Assembly (NCBI GenBank): GCA_049615365.1 | Contig: JBMZFK010000001.1 | Coordinates: 1-50,631 of the forward strand | Length of the DNA stretch: 50,631 nt | From: Candidatus Puniceispirillaceae bacterium | GTDB lineage: Bacteria > Pseudomonadota > Alphaproteobacteria > Puniceispirillales > Puniceispirillaceae | Reading direction: 5' to 3' | In this document: in pieces, positions 28,578 to 40,898 of the stretch | Position numbering within the stretch: the stretch's first letter is position 1 | How the letters are laid out: every line of letters starts with the position of its first letter | The notes under the pieces: model-generated | Told to the model about the DNA's origin: nothing | Database searches by the model: none | What the model saw: only the letters and a program-made list of their open reading frames with translations | Program-made: the position numbers and the translations under genes

Positions 28578-29777
28578 GTGAAACTGGAAGCTATTGATAA
28601 TTACAGCATGCGTTCGCATAGGGCTATTAGCTATTTGCCGCCGCCGCCAGAGCAGGGCGCAGCAGCAGAGATTACCGCTATTCGCCATTTGCGGCTGACC
28701 AATTTCCGGAATTACGCCCAGCTGGAGGTTAAGACAGATGCCAAAGCTGTGGTGCTGACAGGGGTAAATGGCGCGGGTAAAACAAATCTGCTGGAAGCGG
28801 TATCTTTGCTGGCGCCCGGGCGCGGCTTGCGGCGTGCTGCCCGTGAAGAGGTTGGCTATCGGGCCGCGCTATCTGATGCATCCGCCAGCTGGAGCGTTTT
28901 TGCAGAGCTGATGGGCCATGATGGGCCATGCCAGGTAGGTACTGGCATATCAGAGAGGATGGAAAAAGGCCGCGCTATCCGGATTAACCATGCCCCTGCA
29001 ACACAGGGCGATTTGCTGGAAACACTCAGCCTTTCCTGGTTAACCCCGCAAATGGATGGGCTGTTTCTGGCCTCTCCATCGCAGCGCAGGCGGTTTCTGG
29101 ACAGGCTGGCCATGACCTTTGATCCGGCACATAATGGCCGTCTCCTGCGCTATGAAAAGGCCTGGCGTGAACGCAATCATATGCTGCAGGAACAGATCAG
29201 GGATGAAGGCTGGCTGCAAGCAATAGAGCAATTATTAGCAGAAACAGGCGTTGCTTTGATGGCGACCCGCACGCAAATGCTTACAGATATCTGCCGTATT
29301 TCCCAAAGTCAGGACAGCCAGTTTCCGCAGATATCCGGACATATGACCGGGCCGGTGGCAGTAGGGCTGGCCGCAGGGGAACCTGCGATTGATATTGAAG
29401 ATAAGATATTATCTGCGGCGCGGCAAAACAGGCTGGCTGGCGAGAGCAGCATGCCAGGTGCCCATGATGCAGATTTTGCCTTGTTATATAAAGGGCGCCC
29501 TGCGCATCTTGCCTCAACAGGTGAGCAAAAGGCGTTGTTAATTTCCATGATATTGGCGCATGCACATTTACAGCATCAGCGCCTGAACCGGCCCCCAATT
29601 TTGTTGCTGGATGATGTGGTTGCGCATTTGGATGAGGGACGCCGGAGAGAACTTTTTGCGCTGTGCCAGCATATGGCCGCCCAGACATGGTATAGTGGAG
29701 CAGATGCAGATGCGTTTGACGAAATCAAAGACATCGCCGCTCATTTTTGTATTGAGGATGGCCAGTTGCGTGCCTAA
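28578..29777 (+). CDS. recF: DNA replication/repair protein RecF
   Basis: NFRNY, G.NGAGKTNLLEA, RRRFLDR, STGEQK, LLLDDV.AHLD; start uncertain. Confidence 0.93.
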   Translation: MKLEAIDNYSMRSHRAISYLPPPPEQGAAAEITAIRHLRLTNFRNYAQLEVKTDAKAVVLTGVNGAGKTNLLEAVSLLAPGRGLRRAAREEVGYRAALSDASASWSVFAELMGHDGPCQVGTGISERMEKGRAIRINHAPATQGDLLETLSLSWLTPQMDGLFLASPSQRRRFLDRLAMTFDPAHNGRLLRYEKAWRERNHMLQEQIRDEGWLQAIEQLLAETGVALMATRTQMLTDICRISQSQDSQFPQISGHMTGPVAVGLAAGEPAIDIEDKILSAARQNRLAGESSMPGAHDADFALLYKGRPAHLASTGEQKALLISMILAHAHLQHQRLNRPPILLLDDVVAHLDEGRRRELFALCQHMAAQTWYSGADADAFDEIKDIAAHFCIEDGQLRA

Positions 29778-32245
<2,468 letters not shown>

Positions 32246-32246
<1 letters not shown>

Positions 32247-33628
32247 TGTCGAGGCTGGGCACAAAACTCCGTGCGATATTTTCGGGTTGGCATGTGCATA
32301 TATCAACAGATGCCCGTCCAGATGATAGATCAAATGATAGGTCAGATGGCGGGTCAACTGACAGGCCAAATACGCGGCATTCTGTGATCGATACACGGGC
32401 GGTAATTGCGATTCGCTGGCTGGCCCTGGCTGGTCAGACTATCGCGCTTATTATTGTTGCTTTTGGCTTTGGTTTTGCCGGCGCCTTCCAAAGTGCCTTT
32501 GGGCTGGTTGCGGTTGGGGCGGTGATTAATTTATGGCAGAGTTGGCGTAGTCGATATCAGAGGGTCACCAGCCGGCCAGAATTATTGCTGGCACTTTCCT
32601 TTGATGTGATACAGCTATCGGGGCTGCTATATCTGACTGGCGGGATGGCTAATCCGTTTGCAATGCTGCTGCTGGCCCCGATTGTGGTTTCTGCTGCCTT
32701 GCTGGATTTCAAGGCAACTGTCTATCTGGTATTATTGGTCGCTTTTTGCGCTATCATGATCACGCATTTTTATCTGCCCCTGCCTTTTTCGGAAACAGAT
32801 TTCGTGTTGCCAGCCTTATATCTTAGCGGGTTATTTACGGCGCTTTTGGTCTCCAGTGTCTTTATTGGATTTTATGTCTGGTATTTGGCAGATAAAGCGC
32901 GGCAGGCCAATGCGGCGCTGGCGGCGATGCAGCTCTTGCTGGAACGGGACAGGCGCGCCACTGTCCTTGGCAGTCTGGCTGCGGCGGCTGCGCATAAACT
33001 GGGCTCGCCGCTAAATACCATTGCGGTGATCAGCCATGATATGAAAGCGGCATTAAAGGGAAAAATTGATGGCAATGACGAGATTTTGCAGGATGTGCGC
33101 CTGTTAAATGCAGAAGTAGAGCGTTGCCGTACCATATTGACCGAATTGGACCGCGATGCCCAAACCGAAAATCTGGCACGGGATGTGGCGTTGCCGGTTA
33201 GCCAGATGATACGGGCCTTGCTGGATCCAAAATTAACAGAATTATATGGGCGAGTTCGGTTTAACACGCGCCCGCTGGATGAAAATCAGGAACCACATGC
33301 CAAACCCCTGCCAGATTTGAAATATGCTCTGGAAACCTTGCTGGACAATGCCAATGATTTTGCCGCCAGCCAGATTGATGTCACCATTGGCTGGTCAAAA
33401 CAGGCGATTGAAATAGAAATCACCGATGATGGCCCCGGTTTTACTCCTGCGGTATTATCGCGTCTCGGTCAGCCATGGAACAGCAGCCGCGAGGGCAGTG
33501 ATGGTCATAAGGGGCTGGGCCTGTTTTTGGCCATGACCCTGATAGAGGGGCTGGGTGGCCAGATGAGCATTACAAATGCACAGGGGGCAAAAATTACTAT
33601 TTACCTGACCTGTGATCGTCTGTTGTAA
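32246..33628 (+). CDS. regB: RegB/PrrB/ActS family redox-sensing histidine kinase
   Basis: IRWLALAGQ, quinone-binding GGxxNPF (GGMANPF), H-box AAAAAHKLGSPL, redox-box RCR.IL, DDGPGF and GLGLF. Confidence 0.9.
32306..32377 (+). repeat. six imperfect in-frame 12-bp tandem repeats in the regB 5' region
   Basis: acagatgcccgt/ccagatgataga/tcaaatgatagg/tcagatggcggg/tcaactgacagg/ccaaatacgcgg. Confidence 0.65.
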
Positions 33629-33802
33629 AGCAGGCTGCTTCCGCGGGATGCGTAATTAATAGTGGTAATTATTCACCGGCGCCCCATTTATGATGTAAGG
33701 GTTGTTTTTTAACAGCAAAATACAGCTTTGATTCAGTGCCGGCACGTATGTCCTTTTTCAAATCGCCTCATAGGGAAATCTATTCAGGGTAAGTGAGACC
33801 AC

Positions 33803-34330
33803 ATGGTAAAAGAACTTCTGATCCTAGATGATGATAATGCCCTTCGTCGCACGCTTGCCCGGGCGATGACCCAGCGCGGATTTTCTGTCATGCAGGCAGC
33901 CAGCGTTAAACAAGCCCGCGAGCAGGTTAATCTGAGCGCCCCTGATTTTGCAGTGCTTGATTTAAAGCTTGAGGATGGCAATGGGCTGGAAATCGTAACC
34001 TTGCTTCGCAATCTTCGCCCGGAATGCCGGATTATTATTTTAACCGGTTTTGGCAATATTGCTACGGCGGTCGCGGCGGTTAAAGCTGGTGCGCTGGATT
34101 ATTTGCCAAAGCCGGCCAATCCGGATGCGATCGAACAGGCCTTGCTACAGCGTGAGGGTAATCTGCCACAGCCGCCAGAAGATCCGATGAGCGCTGACAG
34201 GGTGCGTTGGGAGCATATTCAGCGGGTTTTTGAGCAATGTGATCGCAATGTCTCTGAAACCGCACGACGCCTGAAAATGCACAGGCGTACGCTGCAACGT
34301 ATCCTTGCAAAACACGCCCCTCGAGACTAA
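33803..34330 (+). CDS. regA: RegA/PrrA/ActR family response regulator
   Basis: LTGFGNIATAVAAVK.GA.DYL.KP and MSADRVRWEHIQRVFEQCDRNVSETARRLKMHRRTLQRILAK. Confidence 0.96.
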   Translation: MVKELLILDDDNALRRTLARAMTQRGFSVMQAASVKQAREQVNLSAPDFAVLDLKLEDGNGLEIVTLLRNLRPECRIIILTGFGNIATAVAAVKAGALDYLPKPANPDAIEQALLQREGNLPQPPEDPMSADRVRWEHIQRVFEQCDRNVSETARRLKMHRRTLQRILAKHAPRD

Positions 34331-34430
34331 AGTCTGCTGAACAAGCTTTGGGGCATGGCGTTTTTTACCTGCTATATACAGCTTGTTGTTATATGCCACT
34401 CTCGATTACCTCTAAGAATGACCGCACAGT

Positions 34431-34622
34431 ATGGAAACGAAATCGCGCAAGCTCTACCGTTTTTTAACCGGCTCGGATACCCCTGATTTTTGCCAGCGCG
34501 TAAGCGACGCGCTAGCCGAAGGATATCAACTTTATGGCAATCCGGTATTGGTAGTGGTAGAAGGTCAACCTATTGTGGGTCAGGCTGTGATTTGGCCAAA
34601 TAAAGATAATCTGGATGGGTAG
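34431..34622 (+). CDS. DUF1737 family small protein
   Basis: KLYRFLTG.D...FCQRVS.AL.EGYQLYG.P...GQAV pattern. Confidence 0.75.
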   Translation: METKSRKLYRFLTGSDTPDFCQRVSDALAEGYQLYGNPVLVVVEGQPIVGQAVIWPNKDNLDG

Positions 34623-34657
34623 CCGCTTTTTGCGAACGCTGAAAAAAGAGATAAGAA

Positions 34658-35851
34658 ATGACCGATAAGCAAAAGTGGCATGCCGATACAGCCCTGGTTC
34701 GCGCCGGCCTGAACCGAACAGAAAATAAAGAAACCTCAGAAGCGTTATTTCTGAATTCTGGCTTTGTATATGATAGCGCCGAACAGGCCGCGGCCTCTTT
34801 TCAGGGAGAGACAGATAATTTTGTTTATTCGCGCTATGGCAACCCTACTTTGCAGATGGCCGAACAGCGGCTGGCTGCGATAGAGGGTGCAGAAGCCTGC
34901 CGTGTATGTTCAACTGGAATGGCTGCTATTTTTGCATCTCTTGCCTGCCAGCTGGAAAGCGGCGATCGCGTGGTTGCCAGCCAGGCATTATTTGGCGCTT
35001 GCCATGCCATATTGACAAAAATCCTGCCACGCTGGGGCATCCAAACAGAGCTGATAGATGGCACAGATATTCGCCAGTGGCAGGCCGCCCTTGCCACGCC
35101 GGCAAAGCTGGTATTTCTGGAAAGTCCCTCTAACCCGGTTTTACAGCTGGTAGATATTGCTGCGGTATCCGAGCTGGCGCATAAAGCCGGTGCAAAGGTG
35201 ATTGTGGATAATGTATTTGCAACCCCTATCCTGCAATCGCCTCTGGCGCTGGGTGCGGATATTGTTACCTATTCAACCACCAAACATCTAGATGGTCAGG
35301 GCCGAATTCTGGGTGGTGCGGTGCTTGGCAGCACGGCCTTTATCGAGGATGTGTTTTTGCCTTTTTATCGCCAAACCGGCGCCTCCATGGGGGCGTTTAA
35401 TGCCTGGGTGTTGGTGAAATCGCTGGAAACCTTGCGGCTGCGCGTAGAGGCCATGTCCGCTACCGCCAGCCAATTGGCAGACAAGCTGGCATCCCATCCG
35501 GCGGTGACCTCTATTTTCTATCCAGGCCATCCAAGCCATCCACAATTTGCGCTCGCCAAAAAGCAAATGACAGGCCCCGGATCGCTTCTCGCCTTTCAGG
35601 TTAATGGCGGAAGAGCCGCGGCATTTAAATTTTTAAATAATCTGCAGCTGATAGATATTTCAAATAATCTGGGCGATTCAAAAAGCCTTGCCTGTCATCC
35701 GGCAAGTACAACCCATGCCAATTTAAGTGATGATGAACGGGCCGCCCTATCGATCAGCGATGGGCATATCCGGTTGTCTGTCGGGCTGGAACATAGCACA
35801 GATTTATGGCGCGATCTTTGCCAGGCTCTTGATAAAATGCTGGCGGTGTAA
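34658..35851 (+). CDS. metZ: O-succinylhomoserine sulfhydrylase
   Basis: ETSEALFL.SGFVY, YSRYGNPT, ESPSNP, VDNVFATP, YSTTKHLDGQGR.LGG, ISNNLGDSKS. Confidence 0.92.
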   Translation: MTDKQKWHADTALVRAGLNRTENKETSEALFLNSGFVYDSAEQAAASFQGETDNFVYSRYGNPTLQMAEQRLAAIEGAEACRVCSTGMAAIFASLACQLESGDRVVASQALFGACHAILTKILPRWGIQTELIDGTDIRQWQAALATPAKLVFLESPSNPVLQLVDIAAVSELAHKAGAKVIVDNVFATPILQSPLALGADIVTYSTTKHLDGQGRILGGAVLGSTAFIEDVFLPFYRQTGASMGAFNAWVLVKSLETLRLRVEAMSATASQLADKLASHPAVTSIFYPGHPSHPQFALAKKQMTGPGSLLAFQVNGGRAAAFKFLNNLQLIDISNNLGDSKSLACHPASTTHANLSDDERAALSISDGHIRLSVGLEHSTDLWRDLCQALDKMLAV

Positions 35852-36735
35852 TGGCGCTGGCGCATCTATTTGCGCTTGGTGCTGCCCTAAGCTGGACCCT
35901 GGCTGGCCTGTTTAGCCATCAGGCAGTTTTGCGTTTTGGCTCGCTTCATTTCAACCGATTACGGATGCTGGCAGCGGCGTTTTTGCTGGTGGTGATGATA
36001 GCGCTAACCGACGGCTCTTTTGTGCTGCCGATGGCATTCTGGCAACCGGTGCTTTTTTCTGCGGTGGTTGGCGTTGTATTGGGGGATTATTTTTTATTTG
36101 TGGCAATGCGGCGATTGGGGCCCCGGCGCACCGCAATATTATTTGCCGGTAACGCGCCTATTGCCGCTATCCTGAGCTGGTTATTTCTGGACGAGATTCT
36201 GTCTGCTGTGCAAATTTTGGCCATTCTTGTTGGTTTTGCGGGTATTTGTTTTGCGATTATTTATGGCAAACGTCGGGACCTGCTACATATTTGGGAAGCG
36301 ATAACCCCGCCTCTATGGATAGGGCTGGCAGCCGGGTTCTTGGCCGCCACTGGTCAGGCGATAGGGGTATTGATGTTGCGCCCGGTGATGCATGCAGGGG
36401 CAGATCCGCTATTGGTTGGGCTTATACGTGTATCTGTTGCCGCTATGATCTTCTGGCTGAGCTGGCCATTTGACCGCAAAAAATCGGAACATCCTTTATT
36501 ACCAGATGCCAGAATGTCCATGCTGATTCTGGCTAACGGGTTTTTTGGCCTTAGCTTTGGGGTGTTCTTGCTACTCAAGGCACTTGAAATCGGCTCAGTT
36601 GCAGAGGTAACTATTCTATCTTCTGTCAGTCCGGTAATGATCTTGCCCTTTGTGTGGTATAAGACAGGTAAATGTCCCCCCTGGGGGGCATGGCTTGGCG
36701 CGCTTCTGGTTGTTGCAAGCACCATTTTGCTCTAG
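35851..36735 (+). CDS. DMT/EamA family transporter
   Basis: About 10 TM helices in two EamA repeats; translationally coupled to metZ. Confidence 0.85.
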   Translation: MALAHLFALGAALSWTLAGLFSHQAVLRFGSLHFNRLRMLAAAFLLVVMIALTDGSFVLPMAFWQPVLFSAVVGVVLGDYFLFVAMRRLGPRRTAILFAGNAPIAAILSWLFLDEILSAVQILAILVGFAGICFAIIYGKRRDLLHIWEAITPPLWIGLAAGFLAATGQAIGVLMLRPVMHAGADPLLVGLIRVSVAAMIFWLSWPFDRKKSEHPLLPDARMSMLILANGFFGLSFGVFLLLKALEIGSVAEVTILSSVSPVMILPFVWYKTGKCPPWGAWLGALLVVASTILL

Positions 36736-36769
36736 GTCTCACCCTTTCCTCTTTTTTGAAAGATAGGTT

Positions 36770-37684
36770 ATGCGCCACGATTTCGTCCGTCCCAAACCGC
36801 TGGATTTTGCGATCTTATTGCTATTATCGATTATTTGGGGATCGGCATTCGGGGCAATTAAAATAGCGGTAGATAGCACCGGGCCGCTCAGCCTAGTGGC
36901 GGCGCGTACCTTAATCGGTTTTCTGGTTCTATTTATCTTTTTGGCGATTTTTGGTGGATTAAAGCTGGACTATGCAAAACTGCCCTATCGGCGGCTTTTA
37001 GCTATCGGGCTGGTTGGCACACTGCTGCCGTTCTTTTTGATCAGCTGGGCAGAGCAAACAGTGGATAGTGCGGTGGCCGGGCTGCTAAACGGGGCTGGGC
37101 CGCTGGTAACTGTGCTTGGCGCGCATTTTATTACCCGTGACGAGCTGATGACAAAAGGCAGGTTGCTTGGCGTATTGGTTGGCTTGCTGGGGATTATTTT
37201 ATTAATGCAGGACGGGCTAAACAAGCTCGGCACACAATCGCTTTTGGGGCAGTTGGCGCTGGTTGTGGCGTTTGGCTGTTATGCGGCAGGTAATTTACTG
37301 GTGCGCGGTCGCAGCCTGTTAACCCCTGTTCAGCTAGCCGCTAGCAGCCTGTTTATTTCTGCGTTGATCAGCGTGCCAGCTGCGATATGGCTGGAAGCGC
37401 CTGCCCCGCAAAGCTGGCCTTTACAGGTATGGGGAGCGATATTATGGCTGGCGATTATATCTACCGCATTTGCATTTTCGCTCCGCTATGTTTTGATAGA
37501 ACGAGCAGGTGCGGGCTTTATGGCCAATGTCGGGTATTTGATTCCCGTTGTCGCTGTGCTAATCGGGTTTTTCATTCTTGGCGAGAGCGTATCTCTTACC
37601 ACCTTATTAGCGATGACGGTGATTTTGATCAGCCTGTATATCACCAGACGCGCGGGCATAAGATTAAGGAATAAAGATGATTAA
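36770..37684 (+). CDS. DMT/EamA family transporter
   Basis: IWGSAF..IK, P..L.A.R, AEQ.VDSAVAG.LN...PL, YLIPV.A...G...LGE. Confidence 0.88.
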   Translation: MRHDFVRPKPLDFAILLLLSIIWGSAFGAIKIAVDSTGPLSLVAARTLIGFLVLFIFLAIFGGLKLDYAKLPYRRLLAIGLVGTLLPFFLISWAEQTVDSAVAGLLNGAGPLVTVLGAHFITRDELMTKGRLLGVLVGLLGIILLMQDGLNKLGTQSLLGQLALVVAFGCYAAGNLLVRGRSLLTPVQLAASSLFISALISVPAAIWLEAPAPQSWPLQVWGAILWLAIISTAFAFSLRYVLIERAGAGFMANVGYLIPVVAVLIGFFILGESVSLTTLLAMTVILISLYITRRAGIRLRNKDD

Positions 37685-38351
37685 AGCTGTTTTATTTGAT
37701 GCCTATGGCACCTTGCTGGATGTAGATGCCGCCGCCGCCCAGCTAGCGGGCTCAGGGCAGTTTCCTGTATTGACAGAATGCTGGCCAGAATTGGCAGCTA
37801 TCTGGCGTACACGCCAGTTAAATTACACCTGGTTGCGATCCCTCAGCCATAGCTATCAGCCCTTTTGGCAGGTGACATGTGATGCGCTGGATTATGCCAT
37901 GGAGGCGCTATCTCTGTCTGATCCGGACATGCGTGAGGCGTTGCTGCAGCTTTATCGAGAGCTCGCTGCCTATGAAGATGCGATTATTGCTCTGGATGCG
38001 GTGGCAGAAAAGGGCCTGCCAGCGGCGGTGTTGTCAAATGGCAATCATGATATGCTGAAAACAGCCTTTACCGCGGCGGGGTTGATGGACAGGCTGGATG
38101 CGCTGTTATCTGTGGAAGATGTCGGCATCTTTAAACCTGCCCCAGAGGTGTATCAGCTAGGTACCAGGCGGTATAATGCCCGCTCGGATGAAATTTTATT
38201 TGTATCGTCAAATGGGTGGGATGCCTGTGCGGCGGGTCAGTTCGGTTTTCATACTATCTGGGCAAATCGTGCCCAAATGCCTGTGGAACGCTTGCCAAAT
38301 CCGCCTGACCATATCGTTACAAATTTGCACGGGGTCGCTCAATTTTTGTGA
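37677..38351 (+). CDS. haloacid dehalogenase type II
   Basis: FDAYGTLLDV, WR.RQL.YTW, LSNGN, FKPAPEVY, FVSSNGWD. Confidence 0.9.
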   Translation: MIKAVLFDAYGTLLDVDAAAAQLAGSGQFPVLTECWPELAAIWRTRQLNYTWLRSLSHSYQPFWQVTCDALDYAMEALSLSDPDMREALLQLYRELAAYEDAIIALDAVAEKGLPAAVLSNGNHDMLKTAFTAAGLMDRLDALLSVEDVGIFKPAPEVYQLGTRRYNARSDEILFVSSNGWDACAAGQFGFHTIWANRAQMPVERLPNPPDHIVTNLHGVAQFL

Positions 38352-38420
38352 AAATAACAGCATCTGTAACATAAGGTCAGCCAATCGGCGCCGCTGCCCG
38401 CACCTCATCTAAAAATCAGC

Positions 38421-38939
38421 TTGCCGCGTATTAATTTCATGATGTTGTTATTTCGATTAGTTTTAATTCTGGCGATGCTTTGGCCTTTTTCGCTTCAGGC
38501 ATCTGAGTTTATTGAACCGGCCAGCGAGCTTTCTGCGCAAGAAGTGGTGGAGATTCAACTGTTAGGGCTGCAGGCCGCAGGCATGGACAGGCGCGCTGGT
38601 ATTGAACAGGTTTGGCGTTTTGCCCATCCAGATAATCGGAAAATGACAGGTCCGATTACCCGCTTTTCACGTCTTTTTGACTTACCTGCCTATGCCCCGC
38701 TTATCGGGTTGCAGGATTATGTAATTAATGACCGCGCGGTTAATCAGACCCAGGCCCGGTTTGTGGTGACGATACGGGCCCGCGATGGCGCCGCTTATGG
38801 ATATATCTGGACTCTTCGTGCCCTGCCCGCCCAGGCACTGCCGGATGCAGATAAAGATAATGCCGATCAGAGCCGGCAGGGTGATTTTGTCTGGATGACA
38901 TCAGCTGTTTCTGCACCCACAGCAGGCGGCGGCAGCTAG
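38421..38939 (+). CDS. exported protein, DUF4864-like
   Basis: Signal-peptide-like N-terminus, then P..ELS..EVV.IQL..LQ..GI...W.FAHP.N...TGP..RF....Y.PL; true start may be ATG 38439. Confidence 0.65.
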   Translation: MPRINFMMLLFRLVLILAMLWPFSLQASEFIEPASELSAQEVVEIQLLGLQAAGMDRRAGIEQVWRFAHPDNRKMTGPITRFSRLFDLPAYAPLIGLQDYVINDRAVNQTQARFVVTIRARDGAAYGYIWTLRALPAQALPDADKDNADQSRQGDFVWMTSAVSAPTAGGGS

Positions 38940-38989
38940 CTTTCTTGTCTCTTCCCTGCCAGAATTAACTGGGGTATAGAACAAGAATT

Positions 38990-39931
38990 ATGAACACATA
39001 TCCTGTCCCATTCTTGCGCAACCTGCCTACACCGCTTATCGCGGCCATTTTGCTGACCATTGGCATTTCTATTATGGGCCTGTCCGATAATCTGGTGCGG
39101 CTGGTCTCCGAAGATATTGGTCTGGGGCAATATCATTTTTTGCGCTCGGCACTGTCTATTGCGCTGTTTTTGATGATGCGGGGTTTTGTGTCTTTTCGCC
39201 TTCAGATCATAAATTGGCGACCTGTGCTGTTGCGGACGCTATTTTTATCGCTGTCCATGACGCTGTTTTTTTCTGTGCTTTCTTTTCTGCCTGTCGCACT
39301 GGCAGGGGCGGGGCTATTTACCTCTCCTGTTTTTGTGCTGCTCTTTTCTGTTGTTATATTTCGAATGCGCCCTGGATGGCGACGTATTCTGGCAGTGGTG
39401 CTAGGCAGTGTCGGGGTCTGGTTTGTCTTGCGTCCTGATACGCAAAATTTTCAACTGATACAGATACTGCCTATCCTGGCTGGCGCTTTTTATGCCGGGG
39501 CCAGTCTGACAACACGTCGCTATTGTGCAGAAGAAAGCCCCTATGCACTGACCATGGCGTATTTTGTGCTGATTGGGCTGATTGGTTTGCTTGGGGCGCT
39601 GGTGATTGATCTCGCCGGCATTCAAGGGCGCGAACAGGCCGCATTTTTATTGCGAGGGCTAGTATGGCCAGATGCCTCAACCTATGGCTGGATAGCGGTG
39701 ATGTCCCTGTTATCTGTGCTGGGGATTTTCATGATTACCAAAGCCTATCAAATGGCAGAGACAAGCTATATGAGCATTTTTGAATATAGCTATCTTATTT
39801 CGGCTGGCCTGTTTGGCTGGCTATTATGGGGCAGTGTTTTCGGGGTTAGCGAATTTACCGGCATGGGCCTGATTGTTGTGGCCGGGGTAGTGGCGGCGAT
39901 ATCGGCCGGGCGCCGCGGGGAGAGGCGCTAG
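38990..39931 (+). CDS. DMT/EamA family transporter
   Basis: About 10 TM helices; D.LV..VS...GL.Q..F.R, LFTSP.F, KAYQ.AE.S....FEYSYL. Confidence 0.87.
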   Translation: MNTYPVPFLRNLPTPLIAAILLTIGISIMGLSDNLVRLVSEDIGLGQYHFLRSALSIALFLMMRGFVSFRLQIINWRPVLLRTLFLSLSMTLFFSVLSFLPVALAGAGLFTSPVFVLLFSVVIFRMRPGWRRILAVVLGSVGVWFVLRPDTQNFQLIQILPILAGAFYAGASLTTRRYCAEESPYALTMAYFVLIGLIGLLGALVIDLAGIQGREQAAFLLRGLVWPDASTYGWIAVMSLLSVLGIFMITKAYQMAETSYMSIFEYSYLISAGLFGWLLWGSVFGVSEFTGMGLIVVAGVVAAISAGRRGERR

Positions 39932-40170
39932 CTATCTGTCCTTGTCAAAAAATTTAGTTGTCGGCTTGTCTGTTTTTGTGGTTCATAGAATAAGGCAGAA
40001 GGCTGTTCATTTTCATGATATCTATCCAGGAAATGTTAAAAAAATTCTAGTCAAATTCAGGACAGGGAACAGGCTATTCAGGGCGGTCATATAGCGGTAT
40101 CTATTCTGCACTGTACTCTGAAGTGAATTTAAAAATCGCTGTTAAAAATTTTAAAATATAGGGGTATTTC

Positions 40171-40869
40171 ATGACAAATTATGTGATCACACCAAATCCG
40201 CAAGCCGCAGTTGCGGTAGCTGGTTCGGATGACCAGTTTCCCGTGCGGCGTATTTTTTGTGTTGGCCGGAATTATGGCGAGCATGCAAAAGAAATGGGAT
40301 TTAGTGAAAAAGAGCCGCCTTTTTTCTTTACCAAGCCAGCCGATGCGGTTGTGGAAAATAACGCCACCATACCCTATCCCCCGATTACCAGCGACCTGCA
40401 TCACGAAATTGAATTGGTGCTGGCCATTGGCAAGGACGGTGCCAATATTTTGGCAGATGACGCTATGGATCATATTTGGGGGGTTGGTGTCGGGATTGAT
40501 TTTACCCGCCGTGACCAGCAAATTGCCCATCGTGAAAAAGGGCGGCCCTGGTGCTGGGGAAAGGCGTTTGATAATTCTGCACCCATGACCAGCTTACAGC
40601 CGCTATCTGCCCTGCCGCCAGCTCGGCAAAGCCTGGATAGCGGGCGGATTTGGCTGTCTGTAAATGGCGAGATGCGCCAGCAGGCAGATTTGGGGGATAT
40701 GATCTGGAATGTTCGCGATATCATCGCCTTTTGCAGCCAGTCGGTGACATTAAAGGCCGGGGATTTGATCATGACAGGCACCCCGGCGGGTGTGGCGGCG
40801 GTCACCGCAGGGGATGTGCTGACAGGCGGGGTAGAGGATGTTGGAAACATAAAGATAACCCTTTCCTAA
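40171..40869 (+). CDS. fumarylacetoacetate hydrolase family protein (fumarylpyruvate hydrolase-like)
   Basis: FPVRRIFCVGRNY.EHA.EMG, FFTKP, HHEIELV, D.TRRD.Q, GKAFD.SAP, GDLIMTGTPAGV. Confidence 0.9.
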   Translation: MTNYVITPNPQAAVAVAGSDDQFPVRRIFCVGRNYGEHAKEMGFSEKEPPFFFTKPADAVVENNATIPYPPITSDLHHEIELVLAIGKDGANILADDAMDHIWGVGVGIDFTRRDQQIAHREKGRPWCWGKAFDNSAPMTSLQPLSALPPARQSLDSGRIWLSVNGEMRQQADLGDMIWNVRDIIAFCSQSVTLKAGDLIMTGTPAGVAAVTAGDVLTGGVEDVGNIKITLS

Positions 40870-40898
40870 GCGTTACCAGACAGGATGCGGAGGGGTAG

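Noticed and set aside
34583-34650. SAM-II riboswitch upstream of metZ (GTGATTTG...AGCC...CGCTGAAA)
   Set aside because: Partial resemblance only: the TTGC and GCTAAA ligand-binding elements are missing, and the 5' part is explained by DUF1737 codons.
35203-35211. Perfect DnaA box TGTGGATAA
   Set aside because: Isolated and inside the conserved IVDN codons of metZ.
40126-40160. AT-rich palindrome TTAAAAATTTTAA upstream of the FAH gene
   Set aside because: Low information content in a very AT-rich spacer; cannot be separated from background by eye.
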